Below are positions 45,794-57,100 of a stretch of 64,000 nt of DNA, piece after piece (the stretch's first letter is position 1; the number at the start of each line of letters is the position of its first letter). Below the pieces are notes generated by a model. That model was given only the letters and a program-made list of their open reading frames with translations. It was not told where the DNA came from and searched no databases. Source of the stretch: a bacterium (lineage in GTDB: Bacteria > Patescibacteriota > Minisyncoccia > UBA6257 > GWB1-50-10); NCBI GenBank assembly GCA_021812365.1, contig JAKANQ010000002.1:16953-80952 (forward strand). The letters are read 5' to 3'. Made by a program: the position numbers and the translations under genes.

Positions 45794-47512
45794 CTATTTA
45801 TCTATCTCCGAGATGTTTGAGGTGATATATTTTTCAGCTCTTTCAATGGAACTCACGGCACGTCTTAGCAGGAATTCGAGGGTTGTCATCTCCTCTGGTG
45901 TGAGTTTCTTGTCCCCGAACGCTTCTATGGCTTTTGCAAGATCTGTCTTTGTGGTTTTGAATGCGTTTACCACGTCGCGCTGGGCGATAAGTACGCGTAA
46001 CGCGCGCCGTTTTTTTAGATTGGCATTAAGGAGATATCCCCCTGAAAAACTAAACACGAGAATTGCGATGAGGAACCAAATAAGCTCCGTTTGTGTTATA
46101 GAGAGTCCGAAAAGTGAGAGAACTGGTCTTTCTTTTACGGATATTGTCGGGGTATCGATTGGTATGCTTTGAGCTCCACGCGTATCGCTCGCGATTACGC
46201 GAACCATGTATGTTCCACTTCCAAGCGCTTTATCGAATGTGGCTGACCACGCGCCACCCGCGTCCACGTCTACAGTTTTATCAGCCAGGATATTTCCCGC
46301 ATTATTTTTGAGTGCGAGAAGTATTTTTGAGTTTGGAATTGCTGTTCCGCTCAGTCCTACCCTTCCTTCATTTGCGTACACATCTCTTGTTACCGTTGAA
46401 ATTGAGGGGGGTGCTATCGGGGTGATGGTGATATCGGCTGTTCCTTCGGTGATGTTACCACCCGCATCTTGAGCATCGATGCGTATGTGATGCGTTCCCG
46501 GGGTTTGGGGAGGAAGCCTGTATGATGTGCTTGTGGCTACCGCTATTTCGTTGCCGTCCACTAAAATATGATATTCGACAGTACTTAATGAATCCCCGCT
46601 CTCATAGGTAAGGATGGGGGAGGGATTATCGGTTGATGTTCCGAAGTCCTCCTTGATGGTGAAGGGGAGTGGCGGAACGGTATCAATCGCGAGACGGTAG
46701 TGGCTTATCGGACCCCAGCCGACATTATTCTTAAATTGAACATGAAGATACCACACGCCATCACTGAGCGCGGGGAATGTCTTGTTATCGAAGAGCCCTT
46801 CCGATCTCTGGGGGATACCCCTCGGATCTTTATTGATGAGCGTTGCAACCTCGCTTACGTCATTTGGAAGCGGCCATTGTGCGGTAAAATCAGAGGAAAG
46901 GTTGTACCATTTTTGTTGGTCCGGATAGAGGGATACTGAGATAATTGGTGCCGCGGGAAGTTTTGCGGCCACGACCGGCGGACGAGTGATTTGAGTCGGT
47001 TGTGGAGCTATTGTGGTTATTTCTCCCGTGGCCGCACTCGTGATATTCACACCCTTCGTCGCCCTCATCACATTAGTTCCACTTCCATCACTTGCGGTTA
47101 TCGCGCCGTCGGTAAAGGTGATGGTTGAACTACCGACTCCTTTCACTTTAAACACAACTCTGAATACCTCAAGAGAGGAACCGGTGAATCCATTGGATGA
47201 GCCACCAAGAAACGTTATTTTTCCCGCGTCATTCGAAAAGGTTGGCGCCTGGAGCCAAAAATTGAATACCGAATTGCTCGTATCCGTTTTTGATATTGAG
47301 AGCACGTTCGGAGAAAAGGAAATCGTGCCTTGTGCCGCATTCACTCCAACGCCTTCGGTATCCATTTTTATGTCCGCGGTAAATTCCTGACCTATTGGAA
47401 AAGCTTGTTTGTCCAGCGAGATGGAAAACGTCGCGGCGTGCGCAAAGATAGGGAGGGCCGCGAAGGCAATGCTCGCGAGAAGTACTCGTATTTTATGCAT
47501 GGAAGAAGTCAT
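45794..47512 (-). CDS. Cell-surface protein: signal peptide, cohesin-like domain, Ig-like domains, C-terminal TM anchor
   Basis: GQEFTADIKMDTEGVGVNAAQGTISF...VFRVVFK cohesin-like fold; TM helix LIWFLIAILVFSFSGGYLL followed by a helical tail. Confidence 0.75.
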   Translation of the reverse strand: MTSSMHKIRVLLASIAFAALPIFAHAATFSISLDKQAFPIGQEFTADIKMDTEGVGVNAAQGTISFSPNVLSISKTDTSNSVFNFWLQAPTFSNDAGKITFLGGSSNGFTGSSLEVFRVVFKVKGVGSSTITFTDGAITASDGSGTNVMRATKGVNITSAATGEITTIAPQPTQITRPPVVAAKLPAAPIISVSLYPDQQKWYNLSSDFTAQWPLPNDVSEVATLINKDPRGIPQRSEGLFDNKTFPALSDGVWYLHVQFKNNVGWGPISHYRLAIDTVPPLPFTIKEDFGTSTDNPSPILTYESGDSLSTVEYHILVDGNEIAVATSTSYRLPPQTPGTHHIRIDAQDAGGNITEGTADITITPIAPPSISTVTRDVYANEGRVGLSGTAIPNSKILLALKNNAGNILADKTVDVDAGGAWSATFDKALGSGTYMVRVIASDTRGAQSIPIDTPTISVKERPVLSLFGLSITQTELIWFLIAILVFSFSGGYLLNANLKKRRALRVLIAQRDVVNAFKTTKTDLAKAIEAFGDKKLTPEEMTTLEFLLRRAVSSIERAEKYITSNISEIDK

Positions 47513-47528
47513 TGATTTTATTATACAT

Positions 47529-50500
47529 TTATTTATTTAGCGTGCGGGCAAAGATACTGAGGTCCTGAATATCAATCACTCCATCGCCATTAAAATCCAA
47601 ACTTTTTCTTGTTGCGGGGTCTTTTGAAAGCCAGCGCGCGAGGAAGATGCTGAGGTCGCTTGCGTTCACCACCCCATCGCCGTTCAGATCTGTTTTTGGC
47701 ACAAAAAGATTAGTCACGAGAAATGTGCGCTCGACTGAGGAATCGCTTCTTTCTCCACTGCTGTTCGATTGCCATACGCGCACGGTGTGAGTGCCGAGCT
47801 GAAGGTCCAATGTGTTAAAGGCTATCTTGTATTCTCCGGAACTTCCCGCAACTACAATATTTGGAATTGATTTTCCATCGATAGATGCTTCGATGGTATT
47901 TCCAGGCGAGGCAAACCCCGTGATTCCCAAGAACCCTCCTTTAAGAACCGCCTGCTGCGTAAAGCCGAGCGTAGGCGGCAGAAACACATCTCGCACAATG
48001 AGGGTTTGGTTCGCGTTGATGGGATACACTTTTGTTTGCGTGGGGCGTCCGCTTTCATCAGTCGCCGAGAGGAAGTATTGCTGTATGCCAGGCGTGGTGT
48101 CGTTGAAACGAATTGAGAACGCTCCATCCGCTCGTGCGGTAGCGCCTCGGCGTACCGGAATATTTCCATTTGAGACGCCCAATATGGTTAGTTTTGCGCC
48201 TGGAAATGCGGTGCCCGAAAAGATCACCGTTGAACGAATGAGTGCGGGCTCACCTCCTGCACTTACCGTCATTACGGGCGTGCTTGAGAAGGTGACGGTC
48301 TGTGTTGACGATACATCAAGCGTGGTTGAGGCGGTATCAAGGAGGCTGAGCGTCACCGTTTCCGCAACTGTATCGGTGATTGTTTTTGTGCCTATGCCGT
48401 TCGTAACGGTGACAATTCCACCGCCAACTGCCGAGCCTGAGACGACAAGGGTAACGCTATTGTTGTAGGTGGTATCAAGATTTCCACTATTGTCTTCCAC
48501 TCGTATTGTGACTGTGGTATTCGTTCCTACGAGAGTGTCATTGGGTTTTATTATCGTGAATCGAGTTGCAATTATGGGGGTGTTGGAAACAGTCACTGAT
48601 TGTGATGCATCCGCAATTCCCACCGCGCCATCCGGCGTCGATGAATTATCCGACGCGGTTATGGTCCATGTGCCCACCGCCGTGTCATAATACCAGAATG
48701 ATGCGGTTGATGCTCCGTCCGCTATTGTTCTAGATGCGATAGGGCTTCCGCCGCTTGCGCCGCCGTAGAAAGCACTCGAAGTACTATTTGAATACATATA
48801 GAATGTATTACTACCCGCCGTTACCAAATTTCCAAAACTGTCCTTTCTTGTCACCGTGTATCCGAGCCGCGTGCCCGCGGTCATATTGCCGGGGTTATCA
48901 ATAAGGAATTGTGAGGTGGTTGCGGGGGATACCGTCACCGATTGCGATGCGTCCGCGATTCCCGTCGCGCCATCGGGCGCTACCGCGTTGTCGGACGCGG
49001 TGACAACCCACGTTCCCGCTTTTCCTTCCGAGTACCAGAATTGAGTTGCGGAACTGCCATCCGTGATCTGTACCGATGTTATCTGGATGCCCCCACTCAA
49101 TGCGCTATAGAATGCGCCAAGCCCTCCTGTTGCATTTGAATACAAATGAATCGTGTCCGTACCCGCCGTTACCAAATTTCCAAAACTGTCCTTTCTTGTC
49201 ACCGTGTATCCGAGCCGCGTGCCCGCGGTCATATTGCCGGGGTTATTGAGAATGAATTGTGCGGTCGGTCCCGTGGTGAAGGTAACGGTCTGTGTTGACG
49301 ATACATCAAGTGTGGTTGAGGCTGTCGCGGTAAGCGAGAGTGTTACTGTTTCCGCTTTCGTGTCGGTGATGTTGACCGTGCCCACACCATTTACGATGGT
49401 GAGTACTACGCCATTTTGAGGAGTTGCCAATCCCGATGTTTTTAGCGTGATATCGGTGCTGTTGTTATACGTGGTATCAAGATTTCCTGAGTTATCCTGT
49501 GCTTGCACTGTGACCGGTATTGTACTGCCCACCACGCCGTCAGTCGGCTTTAGGATGACTATGCGAGTTGCGATGATTGGCGCGGCATTTACCGTCACCG
49601 ATTGCGATGCGTCCGCGATTCCCGTCGCGCCATCCGGCGCTACGGCATTGTCGGAAGCAGTTATGGTCCATGTGCCAACTTGTTCATCGTAGTACCAAAA
49701 ATTCGCGGAGGATGAGCCATTTGTGATTACCATTGAAGTCACGAGATTGCCGCCCGCACTCGCGTCATAGAATGCCTTTGTCGCTCCCGTTGAGTTCGAG
49801 TAAAGGTGCGCGGTATCGCTGCCTACGGTCACTGTATTTCCGAATATGTCTTGTCTTGTCACCGTGTATCCGAGCCGCGTGCCCGCGGTCATATTGCCGG
49901 GGTTATTGAGAATGAATTTTCCTGTAGATGCCGGTACGATCACGATTGCGTTCGTGCCGTCAATTATCCCCGTCGCGCCATCCGGTGCTACCGCGTTGTC
50001 GGACGCGGTTATGGTCGCGGAGCCTGCAAGTTCGTCGTAGTACCAGAATTGCGCGGATGAGGAGCCTGGGAGTATCGCGACGTTTGTTATCGTGGTGCTT
50101 CCTGTCGCACTATCGAAGAATTTTTTCATCCCCCCCGCGGAACTGCTATAGAGATATGCGGTGCTTGTACCTACGGTAGAAAGATTTCCGAATTGGTCCT
50201 TTCGCGTGACGGAATAGTCCAAGCGTGTTCCTGCGACCATCGATGTCTGATTTGTGAGTGAGAATTGAGCTGCGGCTCCCGGAGTTATCATCACAATGCT
50301 CGTTCCATCTTTTATCCCCGTCGCGCCATCCGGTGCTACCGCGTTGTCGGACGCGGTTATGGTCGCGGAGCCTGCAAGTTCGTCGTAGTACCAGAATTGG
50401 GCGGATGAGGTTCCATTTTGAACTGTTATTGAGGTGATGATGTTTCCTCCGCTCGCCGCATCGTAAAATCGTTTCGCACTCCCCGCGGAATCGCTATAAA

Positions 50501-52661
50501 GATAGAATGTCTCACTTCCCATCGTTTTCAGGTTGTTGTATTGATCTTTTCGTGTGACGGCGAACATTCCTCTTGTCCCCGCAACGGTACTACTTACGCC
50601 CGACAAGAAGAGCTGTGCAGTCGCTCCGGGTGAGAATATCACGTCTTGTGTCGAGCTTACATCAAGGCCCGTTCCTTGCGTATCGGAGAGTGAGAGGTGG
50701 ACCGTTTCCGCGACCATGTCGGAGATAGTGGTAGTACCTACGCCGTTTACGATATTCACGAGGCCGCCACCCGTCGCGGAACCGGATTTCAAAAGGGTCA
50801 CATCTTGCTGATATGTTGTTGCAATGGCCCCCGCATTATTTTGTGCTTCTATGGTGACCATTATCGGCGCGTCGACTGTGCCGTTGGCGGGCGGGAGAAT
50901 GACGAATTTTGTGGGGGTTATTGGTTTCGGCATTCCAAGTTGAAATGCGCCGAATCCAGTTATACCTCCCGCTGCCGTGCTTACGGATGTTCTTGTCCCC
51001 ACCGTTGGATAGGACCATGCCGAACCTGCATATTGTCCGACAATAAGGTCTCCTGTATTTACCCCGGAATCAAGGTCCCCAGGATTAACGAAGGTGAAGA
51101 TCGCGCTGTAATTATCAAATGCTATTGCCGAGCTTGTGGCTGTCCAATACCGATTCACGCTTTTTGTTCCGTCTATATTGGAAGCGGCGATATTCGGATG
51201 GTCTCCTGCTGTTGTGCTGAATGTCAGGTCTCCGCCGCTTGTTACATTACCGAACGCAATGCTTACGGGAGCGTAGTTTGATGAGTCGCCAATTTCGAAT
51301 ATCTTACTCGTTGCTCCCACACCAATATATTTTCTAAGATTGCCGATGATGTGTCCCGATGTGCGTGCTACGTTTCCCGTTCCGCTTATATAGATATCGT
51401 TTGCGCCCGTTACGACATTGCCCGAGGTTAGTGTGAGTGTTCCATCAACGCGCGTACCTGCGCCGGAGAGCGTGGCTGCCCCCGCGCCTTTATTTATCGT
51501 AAGATTTGAATAGGTGAGGGCGGCAACTGTTTGCGCAATGCCCGCAACGTATTCCACCGTCGTGCCCGCAGAGATGTTTCTTGTGGTAAAGGAGGGGAAT
51601 GCGGTGGCTGAACTTGAGCTGCCCAGCACGAATGTTCCCGACGCGAGATTCAGAGTTCCTGTCCCCGTAAGCTGGAAACCGCCATCATTGAATATGCTGT
51701 TTGCAATCGTTGCTCCGATGGTAAACGGTTTTGTGCCAACCGATTTCGCAGCATTCAAGGTAACTCCATTTGCGTTTTCAATCAAAACGCCACCACTGCC
51801 AGGCCACGGCGAGATGAATTCACTGCCGGTCGTTTGCGCCGCGGAACCTTTGTACTCCAATGTTGATGCTGTGCCTGGACTGAGTGTACCCGTAAGAATG
51901 GTCGTTGCCGATCCCTGCATTGAGAGCTTGCCACTTACCGCCGTCGTGCCTGTTATGAATGTCTTTGCACCGCTTCCCGAAAGCGTAAGATTTGCATATG
52001 TTGTCGGTTTAAGCGATTGGTCGGCGCCATCGTAATTCACGATGTTTCCCGCTGCGGTTGCGGTGAGTGTTACATTTGCCGCGGGTGTGAACGTTCCACT
52101 TATGTTCACCACCGCGTTGGTGCCCTGTGTCCATATTGCGGTTCCTCCGGTCCTCATATAATTTCCGTTGAGATATATGGTTCCGTTATTGGTAACCGTT
52201 TTACCGGCTGAATCAATATCATTGTTGATTGTGAGATTGGCGGATGAAAGGAAAGAAAAGTTTTGAGCCGCAAGTATGATGCTATTTATGGTACCGTTCC
52301 CATCTATGGTTTGCCCCTTAGTATTCATTTTTATCGTTGCCGTTCCGCCATTCACATCGCCATTCACCGCGATGTTGCCGTTTTCGGTGATAATTGCCGT
52401 GCTATTTATGTTCAGTGTGGCGCCCGAATTTACCGTGAGGCCTGCATTGGTGATGTTCGTACCGATGGTCACGCTGTTGCCGCCCGTTGTGGCAATGATC
52501 GCGGAGTCGTTATTGGTAGGAGCAATGCCCCCTATCCACGTTCCGCCGGCCGTCCAATTACCCCCCGTTGCGGTGCTTGTTCTTACTGCCGCATCCGCAG
52601 TCGGCACAAGAAGCACCGATGCAAAAAGCATCGCTGTACCGAGTAATAGAGTCTTTTTCAT
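47529..52661 (-). CDS. Giant secreted repeat protein (1710 aa, adhesin-like) with a C-terminal dockerin-like domain
   Basis: Signal peptide, G/T/N-rich beta-solenoid-like region, ~116-aa repeats (FWYYDE...ITASDNAVAPDGATGI), paired Ca-binding loops DLNGDGVVNASD and DFNGDGVIDIQD. Confidence 0.8.
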   Translation of the reverse strand: MKKTLLLGTAMLFASVLLVPTADAAVRTSTATGGNWTAGGTWIGGIAPTNNDSAIIATTGGNSVTIGTNITNAGLTVNSGATLNINSTAIITENGNIAVNGDVNGGTATIKMNTKGQTIDGNGTINSIILAAQNFSFLSSANLTINNDIDSAGKTVTNNGTIYLNGNYMRTGGTAIWTQGTNAVVNISGTFTPAANVTLTATAAGNIVNYDGADQSLKPTTYANLTLSGSGAKTFITGTTAVSGKLSMQGSATTILTGTLSPGTASTLEYKGSAAQTTGSEFISPWPGSGGVLIENANGVTLNAAKSVGTKPFTIGATIANSIFNDGGFQLTGTGTLNLASGTFVLGSSSSATAFPSFTTRNISAGTTVEYVAGIAQTVAALTYSNLTINKGAGAATLSGAGTRVDGTLTLTSGNVVTGANDIYISGTGNVARTSGHIIGNLRKYIGVGATSKIFEIGDSSNYAPVSIAFGNVTSGGDLTFSTTAGDHPNIAASNIDGTKSVNRYWTATSSAIAFDNYSAIFTFVNPGDLDSGVNTGDLIVGQYAGSAWSYPTVGTRTSVSTAAGGITGFGAFQLGMPKPITPTKFVILPPANGTVDAPIMVTIEAQNNAGAIATTYQQDVTLLKSGSATGGGLVNIVNGVGTTTISDMVAETVHLSLSDTQGTGLDVSSTQDVIFSPGATAQLFLSGVSSTVAGTRGMFAVTRKDQYNNLKTMGSETFYLYSDSAGSAKRFYDAASGGNIITSITVQNGTSSAQFWYYDELAGSATITASDNAVAPDGATGIKDGTSIVMITPGAAAQFSLTNQTSMVAGTRLDYSVTRKDQFGNLSTVGTSTAYLYSSSAGGMKKFFDSATGSTTITNVAILPGSSSAQFWYYDELAGSATITASDNAVAPDGATGIIDGTNAIVIVPASTGKFILNNPGNMTAGTRLGYTVTRQDIFGNTVTVGSDTAHLYSNSTGATKAFYDASAGGNLVTSMVITNGSSSANFWYYDEQVGTWTITASDNAVAPDGATGIADASQSVTVNAAPIIATRIVILKPTDGVVGSTIPVTVQAQDNSGNLDTTYNNSTDITLKTSGLATPQNGVVLTIVNGVGTVNITDTKAETVTLSLTATASTTLDVSSTQTVTFTTGPTAQFILNNPGNMTAGTRLGYTVTRKDSFGNLVTAGTDTIHLYSNATGGLGAFYSALSGGIQITSVQITDGSSATQFWYSEGKAGTWVVTASDNAVAPDGATGIADASQSVTVSPATTSQFLIDNPGNMTAGTRLGYTVTRKDSFGNLVTAGSNTFYMYSNSTSSAFYGGASGGSPIASRTIADGASTASFWYYDTAVGTWTITASDNSSTPDGAVGIADASQSVTVSNTPIIATRFTIIKPNDTLVGTNTTVTIRVEDNSGNLDTTYNNSVTLVVSGSAVGGGIVTVTNGIGTKTITDTVAETVTLSLLDTASTTLDVSSTQTVTFSSTPVMTVSAGGEPALIRSTVIFSGTAFPGAKLTILGVSNGNIPVRRGATARADGAFSIRFNDTTPGIQQYFLSATDESGRPTQTKVYPINANQTLIVRDVFLPPTLGFTQQAVLKGGFLGITGFASPGNTIEASIDGKSIPNIVVAGSSGEYKIAFNTLDLQLGTHTVRVWQSNSSGERSDSSVERTFLVTNLFVPKTDLNGDGVVNASDLSIFLARWLSKDPATRKSLDFNGDGVIDIQDLSIFARTLNK
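48590..50560. repeat. Intragenic 348-bp-period repeats
   Basis: For example 48812-48898 is identical to 49160-49246 (87 bp), with a further partial copy at 49861; another near-identical pair near 49969 and 50317. Confidence 0.85.
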
Positions 52662-52768
52662 TACTTTAATTGTACTAAATTAGAAAGTTAGAATGTGCAT
52701 ATTTCTGTCTCTATTCCTCCTGTTCTTCCGAATCAAAAAACGGCGCGACGGCCGTTTTTTGGCTCTGC

Positions 52769-53464
52769 TTATCTCGCCCTTTCCCACGGTCTTATCTCCC
52801 GTGCTATGAAGACCTGTTCATTTTCATAGGCGCCGATAAGTTTTACTTCTGAACCTACGGCACGGAGCCCATTTTTTCTCCAATCAGCGTCGTCTTCTAT
52901 GATGACCCACTCATTGTGAGAGAAGTCTTCCAGTATGAAGATGTCATCATTTACGATTTCGGTTATGGTGCCTGACAAGAGTCCGAGTCCGGGACTGTTC
53001 CAGACCGCGAGCTCGTTATGGGGGAGATTGGTATACGCCGGAATATAGCGCAGAAGCGCTTCATCAATGCGCTTACCCGCGCCGAACATATAGAATACTG
53101 TTCCAAGTATCACGCTCACCAAAAGTATAATGGCGAAGAATACGAGCGTGGCGTAGCGATAACCGGTTTTGGTTTGTCGCACTATCGCGTAAGTGAGACC
53201 AAGGAAAAGCGCCGCGGCAAAGAGCCAGAGATAGGGGAAGACCGTGGTCACATATGCCCAAAGAGTTTTTCCAAGGTATTCATAAATATCCCAATCATTA
53301 TTATGAACGATGTGGAGGAGGGTGCTGACCGCGAGCGCTCCAATGAGCATGGAAATGACCACAAGTGTCCAGAGCACGATATTGCGTATCACAAACTTCC
53401 AACGCGCCACCGGAGTTATGTTCTTTTCTTCTATTGTTTTCAATACGTTATCGCTTATCGACAT
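52769..53464 (-). CDS. Membrane protein, probable anti-sigma partner
   Basis: Three TM helices, GYRY motif, C-terminal OB-like segment; overlaps the ECF sigma stop. Confidence 0.6.
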   Translation of the reverse strand: MSISDNVLKTIEEKNITPVARWKFVIRNIVLWTLVVISMLIGALAVSTLLHIVHNNDWDIYEYLGKTLWAYVTTVFPYLWLFAAALFLGLTYAIVRQTKTGYRYATLVFFAIILLVSVILGTVFYMFGAGKRIDEALLRYIPAYTNLPHNELAVWNSPGLGLLSGTITEIVNDDIFILEDFSHNEWVIIEDDADWRKNGLRAVGSEVKLIGAYENEQVFIAREIRPWERAR

Positions 53465-54059
53465 ATGAGTGTGTTCTATTTTGCAGCTCCTCTCGTAATT
53501 TCACCTTTGCTCGATTGATGAGTGTTCCAACAGTGCCGACCGGTTTCTTCAAAATATCCGAGATCTCTTCATAGCTTTTTTCTTCAAGAAATTTGAGAAT
53601 GAGCACCTCGCGGTATTTTTCAGATATATTGGAAAGCGCGGCACGGACACTCTCGCTTTCCATTTTCCTCAACATCTCTTCCTCAAGGTCCGATGAGTCC
53701 GCGATGTTCTCGAGAAAAAAATGTTCTTCTTCGGTGCGGGGAGTGAGCGGTAAGCGGCTTATCTTTCTCAATGCATTTATCGCTTCATTATGGGCGATGC
53801 GGTATATCCAGGATGAGAATTTGAGTGAAGCATCGAAGTTGTTCAAATGCTCGTAGGTCTTGATGAAGGTTTCTTGGACCACGTCTTCCGCGTCTTCCCT
53901 TGAGCATAGGATGATGCGTTGTACGTAGCGAATGAGTCTTTGCTCATATCGCTGCATAAGGTAGAGATAACGCTGCTTATTTTGAATTGTGAGAGCAACC
54001 AACTCCTCATCGGTTTTCTCTGAGTATGGGTTATGTTCGTTCATTCGCGGCGCGCTCAT
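53448..54059 (-). CDS. ECF-family RNA polymerase sigma factor
   Basis: DAEDVVQETFIK, FSSWIYRIAHN, SYEEISDILKKPVGTVGTLINRAK. Confidence 0.93.
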   Translation of the reverse strand: MSAPRMNEHNPYSEKTDEELVALTIQNKQRYLYLMQRYEQRLIRYVQRIILCSREDAEDVVQETFIKTYEHLNNFDASLKFSSWIYRIAHNEAINALRKISRLPLTPRTEEEHFFLENIADSSDLEEEMLRKMESESVRAALSNISEKYREVLILKFLEEKSYEEISDILKKPVGTVGTLINRAKVKLREELQNRTHSYVDKR

Positions 54060-54159
54060 TAGTTAATACGTAAAAACACAGTACTTTCTTTTGATGGTTC
54101 CGTAAAGTCCCATTGTATCGAATTTTGTAAAAATACCCCATTTTTATTACAATAAATCC

Positions 54160-57100
54160 ATGCTCAAAAATACGGAAAAATTCTCGTTGCCCGAGGTTGA
54201 GGAAAAGGTTCTTGCATTTTGGGACGACAACAAGATTTTTGAGAAATCGCTTTCCAAAAATAAGCCCGCAAAGGGGAGGGGTGGCAAGAAATTCGTGTTC
54301 TATGAGGGGCCGCCGACCGCCAATGGGCGACCCGGCATCCATCACGTTCTCGCGCGCTCCTATAAAGACGTGGTCCTTCGCTATAAGACCATGTCCGGTT
54401 TTTCCGTGCCTCGCAAAGGAGGGTGGGACACCCATGGACTTCCCGTCGAACTTGAGGTTGAGAAGGCGTTGGGATTGAAATCAAAGAAGGAGATTGAGAA
54501 GTATGGCGTCGCCGCATTCAACAAGAAGTGCCGTGAGTCAGTATGGAAGTACAAGGATGAGTGGGAAAAGCTTACGAGGCGAATGGGATTCTGGCTTGAT
54601 ATGGAGAATCCTTATATCACCTATAAGAATGAATACATGGAAACGATCTGGTGGACGTTCTCACAGATCGCGGAAAAGAAACTTCTCTATAAGGGACATA
54701 AGATAGTGCCATGGTGCACGCGCTGCGGCACCGCGCTTTCTTCGCACGAGCTCGCGCTCGGATACAAGGAGGTGGAGGACACCTCCGTCTATGTGAAGTT
54801 CAAAGTGAAGAAGGGGCAGCATATCGGCAAATCACTCGTTGCCGACAATAAGACCTATATTCTTTCGTGGACGACGACGCCGTGGACACTTCCCGGAAAT
54901 GTCGCACTCGCGGTAGGCGAGGGAATTGAGTATGCCGCCATTGAGGCAGGCGAGGGGAGTAAGAAAGAAACACTTATTCTCGCGTCGCCGCGTCTTGGTA
55001 TTTTGGATATGCCGCATACTGTTCTTGGAACGATGAAAGGGAAGGAGTTGGTTGGTGTTGAGTACGAACCTCTTTTTTCCATTGATGTATTTATCCATGG
55101 GTCCGCGAAAGATGTTTCCTATAGGGTATACCCCGCGGATTTTGTGACTACTACCGATGGTACGGGGGTCGTGCATACCGCGGTGATGTATGGTGAGGAT
55201 GATTACAAACTTGGCAAGAAGTTTGGATTGCCCGAGGTGCATACCGTCAACGAGCAAGGAATGTTCGTGGAGGCTGTGCCTGAGTTTGCTGGTATGTATG
55301 TGAAGGCGAAAGATACGGAAGAAAAGATACTTGCCGCACTTTCACACAAGAACCTTTTATTGAAGAAGGAGCTTTATGCGCATGAATATCCCTTTTGCTG
55401 GCGTTGCAGTTCGCCGCTTCTCTATTATGGCCGCCACTCTTGGTTCATTGAGATGAGCAAGTTGAGAACCTCGCTTCAGAAGGAGAATAAGAATATCAAC
55501 TGGATTCCCGAGAATATTCGCGAAGGGCGATTTGGAGAGTGGATTCGTGAGGCGAAGGATTGGGCCATCTCGCGTGAACGGTATTGGGGGACACCGCTTC
55601 CCATATGGGAGTGTGAATCGTGCAAAACAGTCAGGGTCATTGGCGGCGTGAAGGACCTTGAGAGTACGCAAAAGAAGAGCACGAATCGTTATCTATTGAT
55701 TCGTCATGGAGAGGCGGAGAATAATGTGAAGAATGTGGTGAGTTCGTGGCCGGAAAAGGCAAGGTATCATCTGACGCCGAAGGGTAGGGCTGCGGTATTG
55801 AAGCTTGCAAAAAAACTTTCGCGAACGAAGATAGATATTATCTTTGCTTCGGATCTTTTACGCACGAAAGAGACCGCCAACCTTTTGAAGGAGGAGCTCG
55901 AGGTTCCCGTTATCTTTGATGAACGGCTCCGTGAGATAAACGTGGGCGAATTCAATGGGTCGCTGATAAAGGAATATCAGGATTTCTTCGGCACAAAGAT
56001 GGAAAAATTCACCAAGGCGCCTGAAGGTGGTGAGACGCTCACTGAACTGCGTACGCGTATGTTCGGATTTGTGAAGGAGATGGAAAAGAAGTATAGCGGT
56101 AAGACTATCGCAATCGTAAGTCATGAAGATCCGCTCTGGCTATTAACGAGCGCGATGCAGGGCTGGACTGATGAACAGATCATCGCGGAGAAGGAGGGAC
56201 ATCTCGGCGCATTCCTTGGCGCGGGCGAGATGCGCGAAGAGGTATTTCGCGTATTGCCTCGTGATGAGTCGGGAATGTTCGATTTGCATAAGCCGTACAT
56301 CGATTCGGTGGTCTTTCCGTGCAAGAAGTGCGGAAGCGAGATGAAAAGAATTCCCGAAGTGGCGGATGTGTGGTTCGATTCAGGGGCTATGCCGTTCGCG
56401 CAAGCTCACTATCCATTTGAGCATTCGAAGAGTTTGGATTTTCCCGCCGATTACATTTCGGAAGGAATGGATCAGACGCGCGGATGGTTCTATACGCTTC
56501 TTGCGGTCTCCACGCTTCTAGGGCGCGGGACTCCGTATAAGAATGTCATCTCTCTCGGACTTATCTTGGATAAGAATGGACAGAAGATGTCCAAGTCAAA
56601 GGGTAATATCGTGAGTCCGTGGGATATGATACAAAAGTATGGCATTGATGTGACACGATGGTATTTCTATACGGTGAATCCTCCGGGTGAGGCGAAGAAG
56701 TTCGATGAGTTGGAACTTGCGAAGGTCTCTCGCCAGTTCTTCGCGCTCATCTATAACTCGTTTGTGTTCTTCGACCTCTACAGCGATAGGAAATATATTC
56801 CAAAGACGACGCCGAAAGCGACCAATATTTTGGATAAGTGGATAATGGCGCGCCTTCATGAGACGATATCGGAGGCGACGGAACATATGGAGAAGTATGA
56901 GATGGGGGATGCGGCGCGTCTTATCGAGGAATTTGTGGGAGACCTTTCGCGTTGGTACATTCGTCGTTCGCGCCGCCGACTCCAAAAGCCGGAGTCTAAG
57001 AAGGAGTTTGAAGCGGTCTCGACAGTGTTTGGGTATACACTGATACAACTCGCGAAACTTATGGCGCCATTCTCTCCGTTTTTCTCGGAGGCGCTCTACA

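Noticed and set aside
55670-56270. Intein in ileS
   Set aside because: No Cys/Ser start with His-Asn end and no LAGLIDADG motifs; the insert has His-phosphatase motifs.
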